From assembly GCF_021869535.1 (NCBI RefSeq), contig NW_026262690.1, forward strand, positions 111,786,001 through 111,850,000: a DNA stretch of 64,000 nt, written 5' to 3'. Under the pieces are notes generated by a model. It saw only the letters and a list, made by a program, of their open reading frames with translations, was not told the origin of the DNA and did no database searches. Source of the DNA: Mytilus californianus. Its lineage: Eukaryota. Below are positions 1 to 12,218 of this stretch, one piece after another; position 1 is the stretch's first letter; each line of letters starts with the position of its first letter. Both the position numbers and the translations under genes were made by a program.

Positions 1-481
1 AATTGTGGTTTACCAATGAAACTATTGAGTTGTTCACAGACAGTGTAGGTAGTCCATCATTGGGCTGTGAGGGCTTATTTTGCTGGGAAATGGACGCAGT
101 TTCGTTGGCCAGAAAATTGGGCAGACTCTAAATTGATGAAAGATATTACATTTCTCGAACTGGTTCCAATAATACTGGCTTTGTATTCATGGGGTCTGCA
201 ATTCAGAAATAAAAAAATCTTGTTTATGATAGATAATCAGGCTCAACAAAAGGACTTCGAAGTCGAAATCAGTTATGAGATTAATTCGTTCCTTGGTTTT
301 GTTTACATTATGTAACAATACTCAGTTTAAAACAAAACATATAGAAGGGTCATTCAATGTGACCGCCGATGCTTTATCTCGGTTTCAGATGTGTCGATTC
401 AGAGTAGTGGCACCAGATGCAGAAGAGAATCCTACCAAGATACCTATGAAATTCTTGGTAATCATTTCGAGGCTGACATAA
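1..481 (+). pseudogene. RNase H region of DIRS/Ngaro RT-RNH polyprotein, frameshifted
   Basis: ITFLELVPIILAL..WG, IDNQA, then a frameshift into MRLIRSLV...KHIEGSFNVTADALSR. These match DIRS RNase H motifs (ELxP, DN, NxxADALSR). Confidence 0.85.
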
Positions 482-1365
482 ATTATTTGTTGCAAAATTC
501 GATTGCCCCCTGCACATTCAAAACCTATCAAGGTGGATAGGAATCATTTTGTAATTTTAGAGTTAACTTTGGCTTGAATCAAAAATGGCCTGCACCTCTT
601 CAGGATGTTATAATATTTATAACGCATTTGTTCAAAACTGGACTATCACATTCTACGGTAAACTGTTATTTATCAGGCATCAGTTTCTTTCATAAGTTGA
701 ATAATTTGTTGGACAGTACACAGTGTTTCGTTGTTCGTAAAATGGTTGAAGGTGTAAGGCGCGCGAAATCTAAATTGGACTCGAGATTACCACTTACTAG
801 AGAACTGTTGGAAACGATTGTAGGTGTACTTCCAAGTTTGTGCTCGTCACAGTTTGAAACAAAATTGTTCACTGCAGCATTTTCATTAGCATTTCATGGG
901 TTATTCAGGGTAGAAGAGTTAACGGTAGGCAGTAAAGGTATTGCTGATCATACAGTTTTGTTTAATAATGTTAAGGTTTGTGATAAATTTCTTCAGGTTT
1001 ATTTGGCAACATCAAAAACAGATTAGTTGGGAACAGGGAAAGTGCTCACCATTTCAAGTCAATACAATGTTAAAATCTGTCCAGTGATAGCATTTAGTTC
1101 TTATTTTATGATTCTTCCGTCTGTTGAAGGACCGTTGTTTTGTCACTATGATACTAAACCGTTGACTAGATATCAGTTTTCTGCCGTCCTTAAAAAATCA
1201 CTGGCTGTTTTAGGATATAAAGGGTCTAATTACAAGTCACATTCCTATAGAAAAGGTATGGCCACTACTCTTTCGATCGAAGGGTATGCAGATGAGTATA
1301 TAAAGGTACTTGGTCGTTGAAAATCTGATTCATCCTATTTAAAATATATAAGGGTTCCAGTGTAG
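472..1365 (+). pseudogene. Tyrosine recombinase of DIRS/Ngaro element with three in-frame stops
   Basis: One frame: SIAPCTFKTY..., FHGLFRVEEL (catalytic R), SKTD, KSHSYRKG (HxxR), GR*KS, YLKYIR (catalytic Y). Stops at 538-540, 1024-1026 and 1318-1320. Confidence 0.9.
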
Positions 1366-1395
1366 GCTGAAAAAGAAGGGTTGCAGGTTTTTTTT

Positions 1396-1447
1396 GGGGG
1401 GGGGGGGGGGGTGGGGTGGGGGGTTGGGGGGGGGGGGGGGGGGAGGG
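1396..1447 (+). repeat. Poly-G tract
   Basis: About 50 nt of nearly pure G between the recombinase stop and the hydrolase start. Confidence 0.9.
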
Positions 1448-1542
1448 TACTTAGTCGTGATTTTCCACACAAGGTTATTTTTCTGTAAAAGGAATATTAC
1501 TTGTTAAAATGTTATGTTATGTAAAGGCTAACCTGTGAAAAC

Positions 1543-2179
1543 ATGACAGCAAGTACTAAGTGCTGTTTAAGATTTGCAGGTCGGTCAACCAGCATATGGA
1601 TCGTTGGATCTTCCATAATCAAACATGCTTTTTGCACAGCAAGAATAGACCTGGAGGGGTGAATTTAGGTTTGAGCCGATTAGGAGCAACGGTGTGGTGG
1701 CAAGGAAGGAGCGGGTTAATACTGTCTAAAATGAAGGGGCAAATTAACACGATGATTGAATATGAAGAACAGCCAGATGTTATAATAATTCACATTTGGG
1801 GTAATGACATAGGCAAGACAAGATTAGGTTAGGTTATTTGCAATATCAGTTAAAGCAGTTTCTGATTTGGATTTGGGAAAAGTTCCCTAAATCCATGGTG
1901 GTTTGGTCACAAACTTTACCGAGGAAAACATGGCGTTATTCTAAAAACATTGCTGCTATGGAGAGGATTAGGCTCAGATTAAATAGCACCATTGCTACTT
2001 TTGTTCAAAAAAATGGTGGATGTTATATTCATTATCCAGACATAAAAAATAACAAGAATTTTTTGGTAGAAGATGGTGTTCACCTTACATCCCTTGGCAA
2101 TGAGGTGTTCTTGAATATTATTCAGGGTGCACTTGAAACCTTTTTGACAAGCGGACATGCTGGGAAAACGTTTCCTTAG
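1543..2179 (+). pseudogene. SGNH/GDSL-type hydrolase ORF of the Ngaro element (frameshift and stop)
   Basis: WIVGSSII (block I), HIWGNDIG (GxND block III), EDGVHL (DxxH block V). Frameshift near 1630, stop at 1830-1832. Confidence 0.8.
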
Positions 2180-3156
2180 CAATTTTGTTTTTCTCAGGGG
2201 ATTAAGGAATATGCTGTTGTACATAAAAATAATTTTTGAATATTATAGAAGTATATCCGTAGTGTCATCCAATTATCGTCATACTTTAATTAGTAAATAC
2301 TGCAGTAATTGCCACAGTTAGGCGCAGCTTACCCCCACCTTGTGGCGGATGGCCATTATGTCCAAAAAAGGTTTTAGACAGTCTGGCCATTTTGGCACAT
2401 TTCGCTGCGCTCGGATAGCATTGTTATATATTATTCACAAACTCAATTCAAATATTAGCCTCTGATTTCCAGGGTTAATTTCAATTTAGTCAGTTCAAAT
2501 CATTAGTCTCTGATTTCCAGGGTTAATGGATGTCGTCCTATTCAATTGAGTAGATATGGTCTGCTATCTAAGAACAGTCGGCGACCATCACATATTATGT
2601 CTCAAAGTGCTAGAATGTATAATTATATTGGACATTTTCAGAAAAAATATATTGTTTGAAGTTTATAGTTGTGATGTAATTTAATCTATTAAACTGTGAC
2701 GAATTACTGCCAATAACCCTTAAATAGTTTTGTCTTTCTGATTATCCAGGTTAAATTGCATTAAAGGTTTTTTCTGTTTTTTTTAAATTTTTCAAATATT
2801 ACAAAGTAAAAATGTCAACATAAATGCGTTTTTTTTCTATTTGAGGATATCCAACTAGACTTGGACAAAGAGAGACAAATCGATCAGTCTCATATTTCAG
2901 ATGTAGCTATCATTTAGTTACGAATCCTGATATTTTGTTAGTTCAGATATCATATGTTAAATAAGTTTTATCTCACATAGTAATAGCTACCTTCATATGT
3001 CATTAAGCATAAAAATCATTTCCCTGAAAAAAACCTTGAGTCATTGTTCATATTTAAAATTAAGATCATTGATAAATGGCTCTTACAGTTTCAGTCTAAT
3101 AAAAAAATGTCTTTCGTCGTTTACTATTTCCTTGCTTTTCTCTTAGAAATTATTGC

Positions 3157-3541
3157 AAAAGAGGGACGAAAGATACCAGAGGGACAGTCAAACTCATAGA
3201 TCGAAAACAAACTGACAACGCCATGGCCAAAAATAAAAAGACAAACAGACAAATAATAGTACAGATGACACAACATAGAAAACCAAAGACTAAGCAACAC
3301 GAACCCCACCAAAAACTGGGGGTGATCTCAGGTGCTCCGGAAGGGTAAGCAGATCCTGCTCCACATGTGGCACCCGTCGTGTTGCTTATGTTATTACAAA
3401 TTCGGTAAATAGTCTAATTCGGTAAGTCATATTCGTGAAAAGGGAGGGTATTGTAGTTACGACATAAGGAACATATCCGATATCATCTGTGAAACGGTTA
3501 TTCCATAACGGTCAACCAACTCGTGATGGCGTCCGTAAAAT
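3157..3541 (-). mobile_element. 3' end of a Penelope-like retroelement (last RT codons plus structured 3' region)
   Basis: Reverse complement is near-identical in organisation to 6480-6835. Contains a 12-bp perfect inverted repeat, TAAGCAACACGA (3291-3302) / TCGTGTTGCTTA (3377-3388). Confidence 0.7.
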
Positions 3542-3934
3542 AAGTATCTACCCCTAGTCTAAATTTGGCTAATAATTTTCTTAGTTCCTCTGAGCTTCGG
3601 GTGTGACTTTTTACACCAATATATCTCGACATACTACTATATATCCGTAATAAGCAGTTCATAATTCGAGTATTTATCGTGTTTTGTTGTGAATAAAATT
3701 GCCAAAAAGTACTTATTTTATGTATTGATGTAAACAATAAAGAAGAGTAATTTTTCGTGTATGGATGTAAATATCAAATCTGGCAGGACAGTTATTTTTT
3801 CGTATTATGATGCCAAAAAAAAGAAGATACCAGAGATATTAAAACTCACAAGTCGAAAACGAAAACGAACTGACAATGCCGTGGCAAAAACGAAAAACGA
3901 CCAAAAGACAAACAATAGTATACAATAGTTATCA

Positions 3935-4170
3935 AAGGTACCAGGCTTATAATTTAATACGCCAGACGCGCGTTTTGTCTACATAAAACTCATCAGTGAC
4001 GCTCAGATCGAAATAGTTAGAAAGCCAAACAAGTACAAAGTTGAAGAGTATTGATGACCCAAAATTCCAAAAAAGTTGTGCCAAATACGGCTAAGGTTAT
4101 CTATGCCTGGGATAAGAAAATCCTTAGTATTTCGAATAATTCATACTTTTGCAACAGTAAAACAAAACAG
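3935..4170 (-). mobile_element. Retrozyme-like monomer containing a degenerate type I hammerhead ribozyme (3959-4004)
   Basis: Minus strand GAGCGTCA-CTGATGA-GTT(TTATGTA)GAC-AAAA-CGCGCG-TC-TGGCGT. Stems I-III can form, but G12 of GAAA is A. Confidence 0.8.
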
Positions 4171-5182
4171 AACATAGAATATTAAATGAGCAACATAAAC
4201 ACCACCGAAAACCGGGGGTGAACGCAGGTGCTCCGGAAGGGTAAGTAAATATTTTGGGAACTTTCGTGCTGCTCATGTATATATATTAACCCGATGATAA
4301 GTCTTATTCGTTAAGTCACACCCAAGTTCGAAGATGGAATTGTGGAACAAATCTGTAGTCATATGTTGAGGATGATCGGCGGATAATCAAATTCATTGTT
4401 AAGTCATGTTACTATTGTGCAACTTGTACCTTCCTGTTATTTACTTGTTATAATTCATGATTTAATGTCATATCTTTTTGTGCTTTCCGATACGTCATGT
4501 CTCGCATGAATACTCGGGTTTTTATCTTATCGATATATTTTACGTAGGAAGATAGTTTCATATTTATTCTTTTGAAATGTTACTAAATTCAAGGGTATAA
4601 TTAGACCCATTGTTACTTTAAATTTTAAACAGTACAAAATCTAGATTACGGGGTTATATTTCTTTAAGCGACAAAAGGATTGCAACGTTTAAGAAATAGC
4701 TGATGTTTCGATAATTTAACAATACATATCATTGACGCATAGACTATTCAAAATTTGACAAACATTTTTTTACCCGATTTTCGATCAGTTGATAAAATGT
4801 CCATTTAACTTAACCGGAAATAACTCAATCCACGATTTTTTGTGTCCAGCTCTAAGTTCGGGGATATTATATAAACGATTGTTTTAGGTTTACATTTGTG
4901 TTGATTGTTCCGTTTTCAAACGTGAATCTGCATATAGTTTCTATTGTCCGGTTCATTTACATGATCTTTGAGCTATACAAAAATTAAGGTAAGTCTGTAT
5001 AATATTTAGTACATATAAGGCTTTCAGTTTTAAAAGGGCGCTACAATCAAGAATCAATACTTTTTTCCTTTTTTGAATTGCCTGTCCGTCCAATAAATAA
5101 ATTTTTTCCATAAATGATATACTAAATGTGAATGATTTAAAGAGAAATAAAAGCTTTGAAATCTAATGTCGCGTTTTTACTC

Positions 5183-5375
5183 TAAAATAAATTCATCATA
5201 GATAACAGGATGGAAATTTTGTACGCCAGATGCGCTTTTCGTCTACAATAGACTCATCAGTGACGCTCGAATCAAAAAAAATGTTTAAGAGATCAAATAC
5301 GAACTTAAAGAGCATCGAGGACCAATAATTCCGAAAGGTTTGCAAAATACAGCTAAGGTCATTTATTTCTGGGAT
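5183..5375 (-). mobile_element. Retrozyme-like monomer containing a near-intact type I hammerhead ribozyme (5223-5268)
   Basis: Minus strand GAGCGTCA-CTGATGA-GTC(TATTGTA)GAC-GAAA-AGCGCA-TC-TGGCGT. Core complete, one mismatch in stem III. Flanks resemble the 3935-4170 copy. Confidence 0.85.
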
Positions 5376-6340
5376 AGAATTTATAGGATTGTCCCGCTTT
5401 TGAGTAAATGTTGGTTTCTTTGTTTTTATGCTGTCATACTTTTTCTCTTTTTTTATAAGGCGATACGAGTTGAAGTTAAATTGTGATTAATTAATAAATA
5501 AAGAAGAATTATTCCTCAAAAATGTTAGATAAGAAGCAAATTGCAATAGTTCTTTCTTAACTTGGGCGTGTATGCGTAATTGCACTATTATCTGATATTC
5601 ATATACAAAATTATTTAGACTGCTTCAAATTAACCCCATGGTAACCAATTTTTCGTGTAATTAATTGTCTCTACTGTGCAGCTTTTATCGCAGATCAAAC
5701 AAAACGATTTTGTTTAATTCTTGGTATTTAAATTGTTTAGACGATTTTGTTGTTGAGTTGAATGACACATAATTTAAAAAATTAGTGAAGAATACCAATT
5801 ATGCAATCATTACCAAAATATCACGTCCTGTGTCAGTGCACATTCTTATCTGTACAATACATAAGAGCAAACTATAATGTAGCATGATTGGATATTTAAA
5901 TGGTTTCTGCAAAATCAACAACACCGGACATTATTTAAAAGAATAGTAAAGACGCGGACGTAATTGATTGTGTTTAAAAGAAAACACTAGGTCAAAAGGA
6001 AGTAATTCCAGATGACTGGCGCCACCTTGTCTTTACATCCAATATAATATTTAATTCCATGTAAATTAGAAAACAAAATTAAATAGTGAGAAATGGGTGT
6101 TGGCGTTTGGTGTAGAAATAGCGAGAAATTTGGAGGAAACCCTCTATGACAAGCAACATTTTCTGTGCAAAATTAAGCAAGGGTGTTCTTCGTTTATACT
6201 ATTACGAAAATTCCGGAACCATTGCATATCCTTAAAAATGCCATTTTTTCTATAAAAAAAACTAGGGCACCATATGTGTTTTGCAGTTTTATTCACACAA
6301 AACGTGTTGATTATTCAGATTTGACAGTTTTATCAACACA

Positions 6341-6835
6341 TATATCTCCCAATTGATACGATATTCCCGGGCTTGTATTTTCTATCATGATTTCCTTGAT
6401 AGAGGGTTGCTGCTTACAAGGAAGCTATTAAACTAAGAGTTCCAAATGGTGAAGTTGACATCATCCCTTCGTAAGTATACGGACGCCAGCACGAGTTGGT
6501 TGACCGTTATGGAATATCTGTTTCACAGATGATAGCGGATATGTTCCTAATGTCGTAACTACTATCCCGTTCCCTTTTCAGGAATGTGATCTACCGAATT
6601 AGACTATTTACCGGGTTTGTACTACCACGAGCAACACGACGAGTGCCACATGTAGAGCAGGATCTGCTTACCCTTCGGAGTACCTGAGAGCACCCCCAGT
6701 TGTTTAGTAGGGTTCGTGTTGTCTTTAGTTTTCTATGTTGTGCTTTGTGTACTATTGTTTGTCTGTTTGTCTATTTCTTTTTTTTAGCCATGGCGTTGTC
6801 AGTTTATTTTCGATTTATGAGTTTGAACGCCCCTC
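6341..6835 (+). mobile_element. Penelope-like element: RT C-terminus and 3' region
   Basis: YISQLIRYSRAC...DFLDRGLLLTRKLLN*...YGRQHELVDRYGISVSQMIADMFLMS* (stop 6556-6558; one frameshift), followed by the same 3' sequence as 3157-3541. Confidence 0.75.
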
Positions 6836-9800
6836 TTTTATAGTAAAACACAGGACCCAAATGGACTACCATTGTCGCCTATGCAAATGATTACTTCATT
6901 TAAACCACTAATGATATCACTGATTTTGTAATTTTTATATTAAATAAAGTTTTTATCATTTTCTCCAATTTACTGTCAAATGCACAATTGGCATGGTGTA
7001 TGCAACTAGGAAATAAGCCGCCAACACATGTTCGATCAGTACAATATAATCGAAAACAACGTTTACCTTAAAATCCCAGTATTGATATGATACTATTCAA
7101 ATTTGAATAGTAAATGTAAGGTTGTAACCTTCAGTTTGAAAATTTTCATATGAGCTACTTAGCCATGACGTTAATGCGCCAAAGTCGTACATGAAATTTC
7201 GTAGAAGTTGATTTCATTTTAGATATGCACATTTTTCAAGCTCTACATGCTTTAATGTATATTTTGTAATGAGTTAGAATAGGAACAAAAGAACAAAAGT
7301 TGAAGATTTGCCGTCTTCAAATCGCTATTTGACGCATCAACTCATCTGCTGCAGTACTGTCATTTATTAAGGTAATGTTATGTGGTATGCAGGTGTTTAA
7401 GGCATTGCCACGTCTGTTGTCTATGGAGATTATTTGTCCTGTGCGTTTGCTTAATGTAAATTGTTAAGGTTTTGATGATGTAAGTTTGAGAGAAACCATT
7501 TAAGTAGGTCAATGATATTTGTTATGCATTAATACATTTACTGATTAAAACGATTGAGGGACCAATGATCTAACCAATGATTTGATTAACACTTAATATG
7601 AATTATAAATGATTACAAAGTAAAACCAAATCAAACTACAGTAAAAATTTGTAATCTTATGAAGGCACATTTACAATTTAACACTTGGAGTCGTCGTCCT
7701 GCATCGTCCATTAACTCACAAACAATCTTCCCCTCTACAAATACTGGGCCCATTAGAGCCAGACTTGGCCACGATTATCTTTTTTGCTATCTTGTTTAAA
7801 AAATTTGTCTGGCTAACCAACCGAAATGGCTTTATATTGAATATAGGATAAAAACATGTTCTGATTAATATCTTGAATCCGCTATGGGTAGAACAAATAA
7901 ATTCTCAAAGGAGCAGAAATATTCATAATGCTTTTTTTGTATTTTTGCTAAACGTTATAAATATGACAGATAAAAGAAGCTTTGAATAGCTAAAATGATC
8001 AGCATGACAAGATTAATAAATATGGCAACATGGCCGAAGTTGTTGATCAACACAGTATCCATTGTTATCGGAGAGGTTGTAAAATTAACAATTTTTGAAT
8101 TTAAGGCCAAAAATATAAAAGACAAAGAAACACTGTGAACAGCAAAAATGAGCAACAGGACAAATCCTACAATTTGTCATGAAAGCAGAAATAAAATATA
8201 TATAAGCATTAAATATAAATATGTAAATATCAGTATAAAATATGGAGATATGGTATGATTGCCAATAAAACAACTATCCACTGGAGACCAAATCATGTAG
8301 GTGTTAACAACTGTAGGACTAAGATAACTGTTAGGCCTTCAACAATGACATAACCCATACTGAATAGCAAGCGTATATTTAAAAGCCGCCGACATGACAA
8401 AATGTAAAACAAGTCAATGGAGAAAACACAAGGCTTGATTTATATACAAAACAACAAACAAAAACAAATATTATATAAGGCAAGAGTTTACCAATCTTCC
8501 TCAAGCTGCCCTATTAAGTGCAGATGAAACTTATGTTTGATATAATGAATCAAATAGTTTTTGCTTTCAAAATAAATACCAAATATTATATCATGGCCTA
8601 TATAGAGATGATTGATTTATAATATATAATGGAACGTCAGACGAAATAAAAAAAATCGTCTGGCAAATGAGTATAACCCCTTATTCACTGTGTCTAAACT
8701 ACCCCGGCAAAAAATGTTTGGACTCGATGGTATCTAATATCCGGCACGGTGACTGAACACCAATAGACAGAGAAAAGGTAGTTTTCTGTTTATTTCTTTG
8801 TTATTGTTATGATATCGAAGAATATTTATACATATATAACTGTTTTCTATTGTGAGATGTAATATTTTCTACAACCGTTCTAGATTAACAGAGAAATAAG
8901 TAAAAATGCACGTCAAAATGACGAATTGAGTGAACCTTGCCTCGAATTTGTTTAATTTCACCTTAAATTGTTCACATGGTACGGAAAGAAAGATATTGAC
9001 ATGGAGATTGCAAAACTAGTCACTTTGAGCACCTCAATCCTTGTATTTCTGCGTATGGAACGAGAGAAATGGGTCATTTCAAAATGGAAGCACCCGGTTT
9101 TGTCAATGTGTACAACCCGGTTTTGTCCTAGATTTCACAAGGCAGAACCCGGTTTTGTCAAAGAAAAAAAATGCATAATCGCATAACATAATTGAACTTC
9201 AGCAATTAAAAGGAGTTTGGTGGTTGGTTAGAAAACGATTTCTTACAGAGGACAACCTGTTATTTATTTGAATCTGTAAACACTTAATTCCTACTTTATT
9301 GGAACAAAAATAATTATAATTTTGCTTTGCATTAAAAAGAAATACTCTAACTGCGAAATAGACAGAAATGAAGGTTAAACCGCAAATTGAGTTTTAAGCG
9401 CTCTATACGTATTTTTTTATATGAATTATGTAAATTTTAGTTTTTAAACTTAAAATTATAGTTTATGGTCTTAAAAATTGAAGGACGCACATTTGATATG
9501 TGATTCTTTTGCACAACAGGATGGTTATCTTTATAAGTAATCCAATCTACCTAGCGGTGTAAATTTCTATGATCGTTTAAAATAAATCTTCTTAAGGCTA
9601 AATGTTCATTATAAGGCATGATAATCAAACAAATGTATATATGCTTGCAGAATCACCATAGAAAACGAATGTTTATGTTGAGAAAAGGATTACAATAATC
9701 ATGCATTAAAAATCAAATCTATCTATCCCTAATTGTAACTATAATACTAAGTATAAATTAGTATTATAATAGTCTCAGGCCATCGAGAAAATGCAACAAT

Positions 9801-9902
9801 GATTAGTTTATTAATAGTTGTATAAATAAACGGTTCTGTTATCTCTCCATTGTGTTATGATTATCGTACATTGACGTTGGTCAATATATTATTAACAATA
9901 TA

Positions 9903-10066
9903 TAGAGACGGATTCAGGTTTTTTCAAAGTGGGCGTAATTCAAACAGCTTACATACCGCAGAGCGTAGCGAAGCGAACAATGTTTTGACGAATTATGCTA
10001 AAAAAAATCGTAAAAATAAGATTTAATTTTTTTGGGCCATCAAAAGGCCGCCTGGATTCGCCACTG
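9903..10066. mobile_element. Short GC-rich MITE-like insertion nested in the TIR element
   Basis: GACGGATTCAGG...CCTGGATTCGCCACTG imperfect inverted ends. A similar element lies at ~51243-51400. Confidence 0.5.
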
Positions 10067-10920
10067 ATGTTATATAACTAAATCGTATACCAACTTAAAA
10101 TTTTATAAGAAATAAGAAAGCAGGGACACCCGCGAAATTGGATGTATATGAGTAGGATTATTATGTTTATTCTAAAAATTCACATTGATATTTTGGAATT
10201 GTCGGAATGCGAGACCAAGGGATGCAAATTCGTGGCGGCTTGAACTATTTGTATGAAGCTTCATATGTCAGAAGTTAGAAGGCCTGACTGCAACATACCT
10301 CGCACACAGATCTTTTATGTAACCATGTTTCTATCTGTCATATGTCCATTGCCCTTGACCTCATTTTCATGGTTCAGCGATTTTCCTAACAAATTGAATA
10401 GCTGATAATGGTTGATATCTATGATCAAGGTCAACATTTCGTGTTCAAGTCCGTATCTCTAATACCATAAGTAATAGGTCAACTATATTTGCTCGTAAGG
10501 CGCACATGAATATTTAAGTGACCTTAAACTTATTTTCTTGATTAATTGGTAAATGTTAAGTTTTTTTTGTTGGTTTTAATGATTGTAATGTGTTCATGTC
10601 CGTCTGGCAGGTTTCATCAGACCTTGACTTTTTTATGGTTCCACGAACAATGTAAATTTTATGAGATACTTTTATTAAATAATTTCGATAACGATCATTC
10701 CAGCAGTCGGGACATGTCAGTGCGTACAGTCACTCCTGTATAAATAATACGTAGTATTTATTTTTGTTAAAAAAACAAAACGCAATTGAAGTTGTTTTGG
10801 CAATTGAAGTTGTTTTGCCATGTCTGATTAGTTTATCTCGTTCGTGTAAGCCTTAGTTATGAAATGTTAGACTTTTTTTAATTCAAGAACGGTGCAATCT
10901 TGTTTGGAATTCTTGGTTGG

Positions 10921-11640
10921 TTTTAGCTCACCTGACCCCAAGGGAAAAGTGAGCTTTTTTCATCACTTGGCCCCCGTCGTCCGTCGTCTTCCGTTAATTT
11001 TTTACATAATCTTCTCCTCTGAAATTACTGGGCTACAATACATTTAACAAACCTTATCCACAATCTTATGTCGGTTTTAAAAGGTCTAACGAACTTATGT
11101 TCAACTGTTCATCATCATTGGGGTATCTAGTTGAAAAGGTTTTTGATGACCCCCGCTTGTCAACAAAGATGGCCGACATGGCTTAAAATAGAACATAGGG
11201 GGATGCAAGTTTTGTCTATTATTTGAAAACAGCTATAGATAGAGAAAATTTAACAGGGGCAGATATGTTCATAATGTTAAGCTCTACCCTTTGTCCATAC
11301 ACATCAAAACTCTCACACGAATTCTTATAGAAGTTAATGTCCTTGAATGACAAATTTCTCCTTTTTTTTCCATTTCTGTGTATTATCTTGAAATATATAA
11401 AAGTTAAATAGCAAAAATGATCAGCAAGACAATATATACGAATAAGTCGACTTGGTCGATATCCTTGTAAGAATTATTGACCTTTAATTACGATTTTTAC
11501 CATTCTTTGCGTTTTTGACAATTATCTCACAAAAATCTTCTCCTCTTTAACATTTTAATTAAACTTGGCCACACGCTTTATTGCGGTATCTGGTTTGAAA
11601 ACCCACATGATCAGCCATTTGTAAATTTATTTTTTTGTTT
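10921..11640 (+). mobile_element. Helentron/pearl-like non-autonomous element fragment
   Basis: TTTTAGCTCAC...GTGAGCT subterminal hairpin followed by a CCGTCGT microsatellite. Related fragments at ~7680-8100 and ~19200-19935; the latter has a GTGAGCGA..AGGCTC..GAGCTT 3' stem. Confidence 0.6.
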
Positions 11641-12218
11641 CAGGGTACCAGTGTTAACGTTGTTTTTCATAAAATAAACAAGATGACCCCCGCTTGTCAA
11701 CAAAGATGGCCGACATGGCTTAAAATATAACATAGGGGGATGCAAGTTTTGTCTATTATTTGAAAACAGCTATAGATAGAGAAAATTTAACAGGGGCAGA
11801 TATGTTCATAATGTTAAGCTCTACCCTTTGTCCATACACATCAAAACTCTCACACGAATTCTTATAGAAGTTAATGTCCTTGAATGACAAATTTCTCCTT
11901 TTTTTTACATTTCTGTGTATTATCTTGAAATATATAAAAGTTATATAGCAAAAATGATCAGCAAGACAATATATACGAATAAGTCGACTTGGTCGATATC
12001 CTTGTAAGAATTATTGACCTTTAATTACGATTTTTACCATTCTTTGCGTTTTTGCCAATTATCTCACAAAAATCTTCTCCTCTTTAACATTTTAATTAAA
12101 CTTGGCCACACGCTTTATTGCGGTATCTGGTTTGAAAACCCACATGATCAGCCATTTGTAAATTTATTTTTTTTGTTTCAGGGTACCAGTGTTAACGTTG
12201 TTTTTCATAAAATAAACA
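11145..12218 (+). repeat. Near-identical tandem duplication, unit ~537 bp
   Basis: GATGACCCCCGCTTGTCAACAAAGATGGCCG starts at both 11145 and 11682. Copies match through ...CATAAAATAAACAA. Confidence 0.95.

Larger units (their letters stand above)
1..2760 (+). mobile_element. Decayed Ngaro/DIRS-class tyrosine-recombinase retrotransposon (3' part; 5' end outside window)
   Basis: Ordered remnants of RNase H, tyrosine recombinase and SGNH hydrolase, then a non-coding tail with a repeated TCTGATTTCCAGGGTTAAT motif (2461, 2509; variant ~2737). Right end approximate. Confidence 0.85.

Noticed and set aside
538-1320. APOBEC-like hypermutation of the recombinase (TGG to TAG, CAG to TAG, TGG to TGA)
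   Set aside because: Only three events, all ordinary transitions; needs a consensus comparison to say anything.
3305-3385. HDV/CPEB3-like ribozyme in the Penelope-like 3' region
   Set aside because: A P1-like GGGTGC/GCACCT helix exists, but I could not form P2, P3/L3 and P1.1 in the required nested pseudoknot.
4800-4995. Possible promoter or non-coding first exon (CCGGAAAT, then AG|GTAAGT at ~4989)
   Set aside because: Short motifs expected by chance; no transcript evidence links it to gene A.
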